Source of the DNA: Bdellovibrionota bacterium
Lineage (GTDB): Bacteria; Bdellovibrionota_C; UBA2361; OMII01
DNA: 26,107 nt
Reading direction: 5' to 3'
NCBI GenBank assembly: GCA_044356215.1
Contig: JBIKWQ010000050.1
Location: 1 to 26,107 of the forward strand
This document shows positions 8,164 through 17,190 of this stretch, in pieces (within the stretch, counting starts at the first letter, position 1; every line of letters begins with the position of its first letter). The notes beneath the pieces are model-generated. The model made no database searches. It worked only from the letters and a program-made list of their open reading frames with translations, and was not told where the DNA came from. Made by a program: the position numbers and the translations under genes.

Positions 8164-8255
8164 GATAAAGAACTGCTACTCCCTACCCCGGTCGAGCTGC
8201 CTTTTGATAGTGAGTGGTTATTGCGGCAGAATATGCTGAGTAGTTACCAGCATAA

Positions 8256-9575
8256 TTAGTCACAAGCCAACGCCTCGCCATGTCGGATCACCTCAAGTGC
8301 CCGGCCCGAAGCGCCTCGCTGACTCGCGAACACCGCGTACCCGGCCTGGCCAACTCTATGTAACTCAGGATCCCCCGCGCAAACTCGCTTTAAAAGAACC
8401 AGCAGCTCCGAGCTATCCTGAACCTCTATGATACCACCCCGTTCACGCATGAGCGAGACCGGCTCTCTAATCACCGACGAATACGGACCAACCACAACAG
8501 GTACTCGGTACATAGCGGGCTCGAACGGATTATGGCCACCTATATCCACCAATGTAGCCCCCACAAAGGCGAGGTCGCCTCCGGCATACGCCTCTTCAAG
8601 CACCCCAAAGGTATCTAACAGCAAGACATCATAATCACCTAACTCGGTGACAATCCCTGAGCTCCAACGCGCGGCTAAACGGCCAAGTGAAGCTATCTCA
8701 CCCCAGAAGTAATCAAATCTCTCGGCATGGCGCGGCGCGATAATCACTTTGAATTTCAATCCCGAATCCCAAGCGCTCTTTAATGCTGGGAACCACACCT
8801 GCTCCTCGCCGTTTCTAAGGCTACCTAGCACAATTATAGGAGTCTCATTTTTAATTACCGGGAAAAACTTCTCCCGAGCGCGAGACCTAAAATCCTCTCC
8901 ACTAAGTCGCGGCGATGAATCGTACTTTGTGTGACCGATAACGTGTAACGATTCCGGATCTATTCCAAGAGATAGAAACCTCTGACGCTGATCCTCGTCT
9001 GGTACAGAGATGCTGCAAAAATTATTTAGTAGCGGCGCAAACAAACCCTTAAAAGAACGGTAAGTCTTTAGAGTGTAATCAGAGATCCGACCATTAATTA
9101 TATGGCACGGGACTCCCTGACGTAGCACTCCAGTGATCAAAGCTGGCCACAGCTCGGTCTCGCTTAGAACGAAGCGGCTGGCGCGTACCTGAGCCAGAGA
9201 CCTCTTAGTTAACAGGGGTGTGTCGAGCGGCAACAACCGCGCCTGGTCGACAGCCCCACTTCCACGCTCTAACCCAGTTGGAGATGTAGCAGTCAGAAGA
9301 ACCTTATCTGAACCTCTGGCGCTTCTAATCTCTCGGATAAAAGGTAACAAACCCTGAACCTCTCCCACCGACGCTCCGTGAAGCCACCAATCGACCTCGC
9401 CAACTGGCTTCCATGAACCGAATCTTTCACCGAATCTTCTGCGCCCTCGGGCTGACGCAAGCAATCCCACAGTCACTAATGGGACAGCGCAAGTCGTCGC
9501 CGCGCAGTACGCCGCGTATATCAGATTATTCTTAGCTATCCGACCAGTAACGGTCTGCCTTATCGGTAAGTTCAT
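8256..9575 (-). CDS. waaA: 3-deoxy-D-manno-octulosonic acid (Kdo) transferase
   Basis: WLHGASVGEV, ETELWP, NGRISD, GHTKYD, IIAPRHAER, DTFGVL and GGHNPFEPA. Exact start uncertain. Confidence 0.95.
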   Translation of the reverse strand: MNLPIRQTVTGRIAKNNLIYAAYCAATTCAVPLVTVGLLASARGRRRFGERFGSWKPVGEVDWWLHGASVGEVQGLLPFIREIRSARGSDKVLLTATSPTGLERGSGAVDQARLLPLDTPLLTKRSLAQVRASRFVLSETELWPALITGVLRQGVPCHIINGRISDYTLKTYRSFKGLFAPLLNNFCSISVPDEDQRQRFLSLGIDPESLHVIGHTKYDSSPRLSGEDFRSRAREKFFPVIKNETPIIVLGSLRNGEEQVWFPALKSAWDSGLKFKVIIAPRHAERFDYFWGEIASLGRLAARWSSGIVTELGDYDVLLLDTFGVLEEAYAGGDLAFVGATLVDIGGHNPFEPAMYRVPVVVGPYSSVIREPVSLMRERGGIIEVQDSSELLVLLKRVCAGDPELHRVGQAGYAVFASQRGASGRALEVIRHGEALACD

Positions 9576-10200
9576 TCAAAGCACTCTGTATTCTAATACG
9601 AGCAGTCTCAAGCTCATCCCCCTCGGCAACGTAGATAGGCTCTCCAACAAGAAAGACCCCGCGCGAGAAGGGTTTCGGGATTATCATGCCATCCCAAGAC
9701 CTAAGCTGCCACCTGCGATTAGTAGAGTACGCGCACAGGAGTATCGGGCTCCCAGTTTTAACCGCTGCTGTTACTACGCCCTCCTTTAGCTCGTGTCTTG
9801 GTCCCCTTGGGCCATCGGGAGTAAAACCGATATCGTGTCCCGATTTCACTAATTTGATTAACTCCAGGAGCGCGCGCAAGCCCCCGCGTGACGAGGAGCC
9901 TGCTACGGAGTGAATTCCAAGCAACCTAGTCGCCAGAGCGATAATTCGGCCATCTCCGTGTTGGCTGATTAGCATAAATGGAGGCTTAGCTCTCCTCCCA
10001 CGCAGCATGAAATACACCTGCGGCATCATTAATAATCGTCCGTGCCAGAAAGTGATAATTGCTGGGTCAGAAACCTTAGCCGCATCGGGATGAATCTCCC
10101 GTGACCACCTAATTGAACGACCTATAAATGCCAGTAGCGCTGCGGCAAAGGAACCGATAAAAACGACTTTAATCTTTGACGCCGCGGATTTGAAGGACAT
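9532..10200 (-). CDS. DUF374 / lysophospholipid acyltransferase family protein (LpxJ-like lipid A acyltransferase candidate)
   Basis: FWHGRL, ISQHGDG, GSSSRGG, TPDGPRGP and SWDGMIIPKPFS. ATG at 10200 is preferred because it avoids overlap with the upstream gene. Lies in the lipid A cluster. Confidence 0.85.
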   Translation of the reverse strand: MSFKSAASKIKVVFIGSFAAALLAFIGRSIRWSREIHPDAAKVSDPAIITFWHGRLLMMPQVYFMLRGRRAKPPFMLISQHGDGRIIALATRLLGIHSVAGSSSRGGLRALLELIKLVKSGHDIGFTPDGPRGPRHELKEGVVTAAVKTGSPILLCAYSTNRRWQLRSWDGMIIPKPFSRGVFLVGEPIYVAEGDELETARIRIQSALNELTDKADRYWSDS

Positions 10201-10234
10201 ACCGGTAAAGAATAGCGCGGAAGATGTAGGCCCG

Positions 10235-10645
10235 TCAAAACCAACAATTAGCGCAACGCGCCACAACGCTCCAACCTCCGGGCCCTGCTACAACTCGGGA
10301 ATTAAGGAAATAGACAGCTCGTTCCCTGGCTTTGAGCTTCTTTGGTCCCCGCATAGCCACCATGATTCCGTTCTGTTGTTCGAGAAATACCTGCACAGCT
10401 GATGCCTCTATTGAGCCCACGTTTCGAACCTCGACATTAGCGTAGCGCACCTCGCGAGCCGATCTTGAGACTCGTTGTATAATGACCGGGGTCTTAGCTC
10501 GTAGCCGGGTTTTTTCAATCAGCGCGGGCCGCGGAGTCGCGGTCGCTTTAGCTAACCCCTTCCGCGGTGCGGCTATGGTGTTAGTGAGGTGGCCGAAAAG
10601 AGCTAAGGTAAATGAGAGGACTAGTATTGTGAATAGATAACGCAT
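10235..10645 (-). CDS. Hypothetical exported basic protein with a beta-rich domain and terminal CxxC
   Basis: 136 aa, N-terminal signal peptide, a CARDB/Ig-like VEVRNVG..A..VQV pattern, ending RCANCWF. Confidence 0.6.
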   Translation of the reverse strand: MRYLFTILVLSFTLALFGHLTNTIAAPRKGLAKATATPRPALIEKTRLRAKTPVIIQRVSRSAREVRYANVEVRNVGSIEASAVQVFLEQQNGIMVAMRGPKKLKARERAVYFLNSRVVAGPGGWSVVARCANCWF

Positions 10646-10687
10646 GTAGTGTTATCGGGAGAATGGGCGGTGGAGTTGCTGGGGAAA

Positions 10688-12415
10688 TTACTTATCCTGC
10701 ATCCCCCGAAGCCGTGAGTATTCTCCTCCCTTCCTCATCAGCTCATCGTGACTTCCCTGCTCGACTATCATTCCATCACTCATCACTACTATCGTGTCGG
10801 CATCTCTGATGGTCGATAGACGGTGCGCGATTACTAGAGTTGTTCTGCCCTTTACTAACTCCTCAATCGCCATCTGCACCTCGCGCTCAGCGCGAGTATC
10901 AAGTGACGCAGTCGCCTCATCAAGGATTAAGATCGGCGCGTTCTTAAGGATCGCCCTGGCAATGGCGAGACGTTGACGCTCTCCTCCTGAGAGGCTCATA
11001 CCGCCTTCTCCAACTTGAGTCTCAAAACCTTCTGGCATCCGCTCAATAAAATCGACCGCGTAAGCTGCCTTAGCGGCCCTAAGAACCTCTTCTCTCGAAG
11101 CTTCCGGATTACCGTAAGCGATATTGTTGTAAACAGTGTCGTTAAAGAGAAATGTATGTTGCCCAACCATGGCGATAGCCGAGCGCAGATCGCTTAATCT
11201 GAGATCTTTTAGGTTAACTCCTCCAATCGTGACACTGCCACCCGTTGGATCAATAAAACGGGGGAGAAGATCAACTAAAGTGCTCTTTCCAGAACCAGAG
11301 AAACCAACAAGCGCCACAGTTTTTCCCTCTGGAATTACTAGGGACACATCCTTTAACGCTGAGACACTTCGCTCACCTGTAGAAGTAGACGGGTACTCAA
11401 ATGAAACTCCTCGTAGCTCGATCGTTTTGCCAAGCCCTAGACCAACCGGTTTTTCTGGATCGAGGATAGTTGGCTTAGTATCAAGGATCTCAAAGATCCT
11501 CTGTGCCCCTGATAGCCCCTGCTGCACGGTCGCGTTTACGCGAGAGAGCTTTTTAAAAGGCTCGTACATCAGAAAAACCGAGACCAGAAACGCCATAAAG
11601 CCGCCGGCGGTTCTGGCTCCTGAGATTACTGAGTATCCTCCGTAAAGCAAGACTCCGGAGATAGCCAAGCTAGCCAAAATCTCATTGATCGGACCGGCGA
11701 ACGCTCTGACGCGCTCTGATTTGATAAATGTCTGAGTAAGATCGTGATTCCCGCGTTCGAATCGGCGCTGCTCGAACTCCTCGCGGCAGAAGATCTTTAC
11801 CACTCGGTGTCCCTGCATACTCTCCTGAAAGAGAGCTGAAAGTTGCCCGATGGCGTCTTGGCCACGCTTACTTAACTTGCGCATCTTTTTTCCTATCTTA
11901 GCGATTGGAAATCCTGCTAAGGGAAAGAACACGAAAGCGATCAGCGATAACGTTGGATCCAGATAGATACAAGAGCAGAGAAGCACGACCACCCGAATCG
12001 AATCGCGGATTACAGAAGCTGAGGAATCAGTGAGCAGTGTGCGGATCAAGAGCACATCAGAGGTAACTCGCGAAAGGATCTCCGCCGTTGAGTTCCTAAT
12101 AAAAAAATCCGGCGATAGACTTAAGACATGCCGATTTACATCGTTACGGATATCTTGAGTTACCCTGTGACCAACAGCAGCCATCAGGAACTGTTGACCA
12201 AAATCACTCAGGCCACGAACTAGGGCGAAACCAACGATCACACCGGGAAGAATCCACAACATCGTCGCGTCACGATTTGTAAATATGTCGTCTAAGATAC
12301 GCTTAACTAAAAACGGGACAACTCCATCGGTAGCGCCAAATACGATCATCATCGCTAGCGCCGCCCAAAAATACCTCTTATGAGGTTTCAGATATCCGAG
12401 AATTCTTCTGTACAT
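10688..12415 (-). CDS. msbA: Lipid A export ABC transporter (MsbA)
   Basis: TMD plus NBD, Walker A GFSGSGKST, LSGGERQR, ILDEATASLD and IAHRLST. Located between lpxB and waaA/lpxK. Confidence 0.9.
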   Translation of the reverse strand: MYRRILGYLKPHKRYFWAALAMMIVFGATDGVVPFLVKRILDDIFTNRDATMLWILPGVIVGFALVRGLSDFGQQFLMAAVGHRVTQDIRNDVNRHVLSLSPDFFIRNSTAEILSRVTSDVLLIRTLLTDSSASVIRDSIRVVVLLCSCIYLDPTLSLIAFVFFPLAGFPIAKIGKKMRKLSKRGQDAIGQLSALFQESMQGHRVVKIFCREEFEQRRFERGNHDLTQTFIKSERVRAFAGPINEILASLAISGVLLYGGYSVISGARTAGGFMAFLVSVFLMYEPFKKLSRVNATVQQGLSGAQRIFEILDTKPTILDPEKPVGLGLGKTIELRGVSFEYPSTSTGERSVSALKDVSLVIPEGKTVALVGFSGSGKSTLVDLLPRFIDPTGGSVTIGGVNLKDLRLSDLRSAIAMVGQHTFLFNDTVYNNIAYGNPEASREEVLRAAKAAYAVDFIERMPEGFETQVGEGGMSLSGGERQRLAIARAILKNAPILILDEATASLDTRAEREVQMAIEELVKGRTTLVIAHRLSTIRDADTIVVMSDGMIVEQGSHDELMRKGGEYSRLRGMQDK

Positions 12416-12474
12416 CGATCCTTTTTAACCGCTCCTCTCGAGCGAACTTATCTTCTCAGCGCGATCTATGATCG

Positions 12475-13638
12475 CTACTTAGCTACCATCTCAAAAACAC
12501 AACGCGCCACACGTTCAGAAACATCGAGCTCCCGCCATTCAGCCGGCGCTTCCGGGTCTGGCTCGCAGAGAGCCCTTTTAACTTCAGCGAGCCCCGCCAC
12601 CATCTCCGAACGGGCCTGCTGGTCAAGCAGCAACAGCGAAACCTCCCGCGCGACATCCTCAGGCGAAAGAACGGTCTGCATCAGCTCCTTAACCGTACCT
12701 TTACGTATGATATTAACCGGCGAGTACTCTTTCAGCTTTACAAAGAGAGAAACTATCACCTTAGCCAGCGGGGTGCCACTGTAGACAGACACAAATGGGA
12801 GCCCAGCCAAGGCACCCTCTAGGTTGCACGTACCAGACTTTAATACCCCAACTTGCGCACGGCACATCGCCAAAAGCGCGTCCTCATGACTCCATCTTAC
12901 CTCACCCAGCAGGTCTGCTGGTACTCGCTCTCCAATTATCTCCCTTACCCATGCTGCAGTGATATTAGGCGCTAGAACCACCACCGGTTTAAGCTCCGGG
13001 AATTTAGCTCTTATTAATCCGTAACCTTGAAGCATCGGAACAAGAAGACGCTCAACCTCGAATCGTCGACTTCCCGGAAGAAGAAGGAGATCTTGAGTCT
13101 GTGAACTGTAATTTCCCTCTACTTCCTGAGCTCGCTCGCCCAGTGGGTGACCTACATAAGTTACCCGTTCGTAACCGTGCTTGGCGTAGAAATCACTCTC
13201 AAAGGGAAAGATAGCGGCTACACGATCTACAAAACGAGCGATCTTTTTCACCCGACCCGATCGCCACGCCCAAACCTTAGGTGGAATAAAATAAAGCACC
13301 TTGACTCCGTGGCGCTTAGCTACCTTAGCAAGTCTTAGGTTGAAATCAGGATAATCAACCAGGATCAGGAGATCCGGACGCCACTCTTTAATAAGGTTTG
13401 AGAGGGTCTTAAATGATGAGAGGATCTTGCCGCCAGAGCGGAACAGCTCGAAGAAGCCCATTCCCGCGCCAGTTCGGTAACAATCTACATCGATTTTAAC
13501 ACCTGCATCCTCGCACAGCTTTCCCGCCATGCCACGGATCTCGGCGTTGGGCGCGCTAGCTTTAATTGCTCGGGCTACCCTAGCCAGATGCTGATCCCCA
13601 GAAACTTCACCCGCGCTTAATAATATCTTTATCGTCAC
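12475..13638 (-). CDS. lpxB: Lipid-A-disaccharide synthase
   Basis: AGEVSGD, VDYPDFN, PPKVWAWR, IFPFE, YVGHPL, LLPGSRRFE and KSGTCNLE. Confidence 0.97.
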   Translation of the reverse strand: MTIKILLSAGEVSGDQHLARVARAIKASAPNAEIRGMAGKLCEDAGVKIDVDCYRTGAGMGFFELFRSGGKILSSFKTLSNLIKEWRPDLLILVDYPDFNLRLAKVAKRHGVKVLYFIPPKVWAWRSGRVKKIARFVDRVAAIFPFESDFYAKHGYERVTYVGHPLGERAQEVEGNYSSQTQDLLLLPGSRRFEVERLLVPMLQGYGLIRAKFPELKPVVVLAPNITAAWVREIIGERVPADLLGEVRWSHEDALLAMCRAQVGVLKSGTCNLEGALAGLPFVSVYSGTPLAKVIVSLFVKLKEYSPVNIIRKGTVKELMQTVLSPEDVAREVSLLLLDQQARSEMVAGLAEVKRALCEPDPEAPAEWRELDVSERVARCVFEMVAK

Positions 13639-13680
13639 GGGGTATTTCTACCCTACAATTGTGGGTGGGTAAACCTAATG

Positions 13681-13922
13681 CTCATTCTCTTTCTCCTGCA
13701 CCCATCTCTTGATCCTCCCCCTACTCCTGTTCCCTCCTTATCCTTATCCCGCACTTGCACCTCTCTCCTCCTCTTCATCTACAGAGAGATAGGTGAACTA
13801 AGCAAATTAAAATCTCCGTGGCCCTCCGTGACCTCAATGTAGAGGATTAGGAGAAGGAAACCGGTGCAGGTGCAAGATGAGGATAAGGAGAAAGAGTAAG
13901 AGATGGGTGCGGGTGTAGGAGG
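13681..13922 (+). repeat. Intergenic repeat family B, copy 1 (pyrimidine hexamer arm, family-A-like core, purine hexamer arm)
   Basis: 13681-13828 aligns gaplessly with 18891-19038 (19 mismatches in 148 by hand count), and similarity continues to about 13893. Arms are built of ctcctg/atcctt/cacttg-type hexamers and their complements. Confidence 0.9.
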
Positions 13923-13974
13923 ACTCTTTTTTTCCGACGAGCAAAAGCACAACCAGTTGCACTTAGGGAAAAAG

Positions 13975-14066
13975 TCTACAGCGAGATCGCGGAGGCCACG
14001 GAGACATGAATGCGCATGAAACTGGCAAACTAGGACCTCCGTGGCTCTCCGTGACCTCGATGTAGA
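13975..14066. repeat. Imperfect ~30-bp inverted repeat (family-A-related) directly after the mscL stop
   Basis: tctacagcgagatcgcggaggccacggag (13975-14003) / ctccgtggctctccgtgacctcgatgtaga (14037-14066). The right arm nearly matches 13814-13843. Confidence 0.85.
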
Positions 14067-14069
14067 TGC

Positions 14070-14477
14070 CTACCTCTTAGCCAACAGATCTCGTATCTCT
14101 ATCAGAAGCTCCTGGTCCTTGCTCAAAGCGGGAGACGCTGCGGCCTCAACCTCCTTCTTCTTAATCAACAGACCCAGGAACTTGACGATCACAAAGAAGA
14201 GCGCCGCCGCGACGATGATGAAATTCACCACCTCGCCGATAAAGAGTCCGTATGGGATATCTTTACCATTCACGACTAGCTTCCACCCGAGATATCCCTG
14301 TTCGCCAGGAAGAATAGCTCCGATGATCGGCATGATTACGCTCTTAACGAGCGAATCAACTATCTTACCAAACGCACCGCCGATAATTACACCGACAGCC
14401 AGGTCTACTACGTTTCCTTTAAAGGCGAAGCCTTTGAACTCTTCTAAAAGGGAGACTGCCTTCTTTGATACATCCAT
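14070..14477 (-). CDS. mscL: Large-conductance mechanosensitive channel
   Basis: EEFKGFAFKGNVVDLAVGVIIGGAFGKIVDSLV, YGLFI..VVNFII and LLIEIRDLL. Confidence 0.97.
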   Translation of the reverse strand: MDVSKKAVSLLEEFKGFAFKGNVVDLAVGVIIGGAFGKIVDSLVKSVIMPIIGAILPGEQGYLGWKLVVNGKDIPYGLFIGEVVNFIIVAAALFFVIVKFLGLLIKKKEVEAAASPALSKDQELLIEIRDLLAKR

Positions 14478-14489
14478 TATATTCCCCTA

Positions 14490-15320
14490 CTAGAGATTAA
14501 CCTTTAGACCGGTGATCGTGTACACGTCATTGCGCTCACGACCCTCCGCAGGCTGATTTATGTAGTAATCACGAACTGAGAGAACCAAGTTAACCATCGA
14601 GCTAAGAGGAGCCTCGATTCCGATCTCAGCGTTCACGATGTAATCCGCTGAATCATCAAACGCTACTAGGTACTCTGCTGATTGATAGAACAACGCGGAT
14701 TCGCTGATATTCCAGACAAATCTGTCAGCGATACGAGCAGCGGCGAAGTTATCATCCTCTCCACCTAACTTCTCCCAAACATAAGATGGACCGGCCTCCA
14801 AGCTTAGAGTGGTTACATCATTCTTTAAAAGGTATGCTCCTAAGTTAGGGCTCAAGATAACTCGGTAATCTAAGTTAGCGATCTCATCCCAAGCATACGA
14901 AGCGTTCGCGCCAGCGAAGAAAATGCTATCTAGCGTGTGCTTATAATCCCCCATTGCGCGCGCGTTCTGCTTAGTTACCTCACGCGATGAATTAACATCA
15001 GCGGCCGCGTTGCCATAGTTGTAATCAGCCTCAAAGCGCCAAGCCTCACCCTCATAGTCTCTCATCACCTTACCGTTTAGGTTTAATGACGCTGTCTTAC
15101 TGTTACCATCTGTGTAGTTGTAGCCGGCGGTAATGAACTTATCCCAGATCGCTGGATCCTTAGGTGGAGCATCACATGATACTGGCGCTGCCTTCTTTGG
15201 CGCTCCCTCTAATCCCTTAGACGCAAAACCATTTGACTTATTAGCTGGCTGAGCAACAGCAGCCGTCGCGCTGATCAAAACAAGCGCTGTCCCTATAAAT
15301 ACAGAACGACCAAACTTCAT
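14490..15320 (-). CDS. DUF481 (YdiY-like) outer membrane beta-barrel protein
   Basis: Signal peptide, GYNYTDGNS, LEAGPSYVWE and a terminal barrel strand TGLKVNL. SD GGAGG upstream. Confidence 0.85.
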   Translation of the reverse strand: MKFGRSVFIGTALVLISATAAVAQPANKSNGFASKGLEGAPKKAAPVSCDAPPKDPAIWDKFITAGYNYTDGNSKTASLNLNGKVMRDYEGEAWRFEADYNYGNAAADVNSSREVTKQNARAMGDYKHTLDSIFFAGANASYAWDEIANLDYRVILSPNLGAYLLKNDVTTLSLEAGPSYVWEKLGGEDDNFAAARIADRFVWNISESALFYQSAEYLVAFDDSADYIVNAEIGIEAPLSSMVNLVLSVRDYYINQPAEGRERNDVYTITGLKVNL

Positions 15321-15483
15321 TTACATCCTCCCTAACTAATTAAAATATCTCTGGCGTAAGCCTAAACAGTCGGGAGGCTTGTACCACATACATATATCAT
15401 CGGGAAGCGCCATGACCGCTGACATGGTTAATAGTGGCTAACTACATGTTAGTAAGACCATATTCTTGCGAGATGGCGTTTTA

Positions 15484-17181
15484 TCACGGTCGCCCTCGTA
15501 GCCGAGGATAGTTCTCGTAGCGGTCAGACCTTAATCGGCTAAGCTGCGCGAAGATCTCCTGCTCCTCTATCTTAAGAGCAAGAAGTGCCTGACGCACCAT
15601 CTCTAACCCAACCTCCATCTGAGGTTGAACTATTTCCTCAACCTTTAGGCTGGCTAAGGTGTGAAGATCCTCGACCTCCTGTACGCGCACGATAACCGGA
15701 AGATCTGGCCGCATCTGCCTGACCTCATAGATCACTGAAGGAAGGATCTGATCATTGGTTGATGTAATAACTACGAGAGCGGACTGAGATACTGCCGCTG
15801 CCTCCAAGATGGCTTGTCTTGTAGCGTCCCCAAAAATGACCGGGACCTCCTCGTCTCTCAACTGCAAAGCTATCTTATAGTCAGACTCGATAACCACAAA
15901 CGGGCGCTTTAGCGATGAGAGGACCTGAGCGACATAGCGTCCGACCACACCAGCTCCAATAATAACAACGTGTTCCTGGCGCGGCTCATTACTAGAATCC
16001 CACAAAACTACTGGGATTGATGACCCCTGAGATCCGAGAAGTTTTGAAACAAACGCACTTAAGCTAAAAAACATCGGGGTCGCTATCATCGACACGACAG
16101 TAACGGCGATCATCAATGAATAGCCACTACTGGATATGCCGCCTAGATCACGCCCGACATTTATAATTACGAAGGCAAACTCTCCGACCTGCGAGAGCCC
16201 CAGACCTATCAAAAGAGCGGATCTCGCGCCGTACCCAAAGAGCGTGGCGATTCCACCGATTAGCACCGCCTTAGCTAATACCAATGCTCCGAACAAAGCG
16301 AATATAAGTCCTAAATTGTCGAGAAAAAATCGCGGGTCGAACAACATACCGACTGACACGAAAAAGATCACCGCGAATAGATCTCGTAGATGCGAAACGT
16401 CACTGAGTGCCTGATGATTAAAATCGGTCTCACTAAGCAACATTCCAGCGACGAACGCTCCCAAAGCGAACGACAACTCCATCTCGTGAGAGATAAAGCC
16501 AGCTCCAAAAGCGAAGCCCAGGGTGGCCAGAAAGAACAACTCTCGAGAACCCTGATTAGCTATTACGGTAAAAAGCTTCGGTAGAACTCTCGTTCCTGCG
16601 AAATACATGCCAGCTAAAAACACAATTGATTTTCCGATTGCCCACGCGATCGACTGATAATCGATCTCTGCTTTGGCAAGTTGCGGGATGAGCAACATTA
16701 ACGGAACAACAGCTAGATCTTGAGCTATCAGGATCGCCAGCATCGCTTTCCCCTCGCGGGAATCAAGCCCGTCGCGGGCAGCCAAGGTCTTGATTACAAC
16801 CATCGTACTTGAAAGCGAGATAGCCCCACCTATCCACAAAGCATCGCTATCACTTAGCCCCGCAAAAATGGCGATCCAGTATCCAGCAATGGAGCAGAGC
16901 AATATCTGTAGGGGAGTAGCTATAAGGGTCAACCGAGCCAAGCGGCGCAATTCACCGAATGAGAATTCGAGACCGAGAGTAAAGAGAAGTAGCGCGACTC
17001 CAATCTCAGCAAGCATCTCGATCTCGTGAATGTTCTGAACAGTAAAACCGCCGGTATGGGGGCCAACTATCAACCCGGCTAATATATATCCACACGCTAG
17101 GGGCTGTCGTAAAACATGCGCCAACGCCCCTCCTATTAGAGCAGCGAGAACGATATAGATCAGATCGGTGGCGATTCCCAT
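15484..17181 (-). CDS. CPA2-family cation:proton antiporter with a C-terminal TrkA-N (RCK) domain (KefB/YbaL-like)
   Basis: LAEIGVALLLFTLGLEFS, LSSTMVV, QDLAVVP, LGAFVAG, FFVSVGM, LSQVGEFAF, IIGAGVVG and FGDAT. Confidence 0.92.
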   Translation of the reverse strand: MGIATDLIYIVLAALIGGALAHVLRQPLACGYILAGLIVGPHTGGFTVQNIHEIEMLAEIGVALLLFTLGLEFSFGELRRLARLTLIATPLQILLCSIAGYWIAIFAGLSDSDALWIGGAISLSSTMVVIKTLAARDGLDSREGKAMLAILIAQDLAVVPLMLLIPQLAKAEIDYQSIAWAIGKSIVFLAGMYFAGTRVLPKLFTVIANQGSRELFFLATLGFAFGAGFISHEMELSFALGAFVAGMLLSETDFNHQALSDVSHLRDLFAVIFFVSVGMLFDPRFFLDNLGLIFALFGALVLAKAVLIGGIATLFGYGARSALLIGLGLSQVGEFAFVIINVGRDLGGISSSGYSLMIAVTVVSMIATPMFFSLSAFVSKLLGSQGSSIPVVLWDSSNEPRQEHVVIIGAGVVGRYVAQVLSSLKRPFVVIESDYKIALQLRDEEVPVIFGDATRQAILEAAAVSQSALVVITSTNDQILPSVIYEVRQMRPDLPVIVRVQEVEDLHTLASLKVEEIVQPQMEVGLEMVRQALLALKIEEQEIFAQLSRLRSDRYENYPRLRGRP

Positions 17182-17190
17182 GATTTAAAA

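Larger units (their letters stand above)
7539..8247. mobile_element. 709-bp non-autonomous element with IS66-like GTAA ends and an 8-bp target site duplication
   Basis: TIRs gtaactactca (7539-7549) / tgagtagttac (8237-8247). Flanks cagcatca (7531-7538) / cagcataa (8248-8255). No transposase ORF. Confidence 0.8.

Noticed and set aside
10201..10266. Longer DUF374 start at 10266
   Set aside because: It overlaps the upstream gene's 3' end. ATG 10200 gives a typical length and has a -10-like box just upstream.
13681..14066. Periodic repeats as a CRISPR array
   Set aside because: There is no constant repeat with unique equal-length spacers and no cas genes. The units are degenerate hexamers and palindromic arms.
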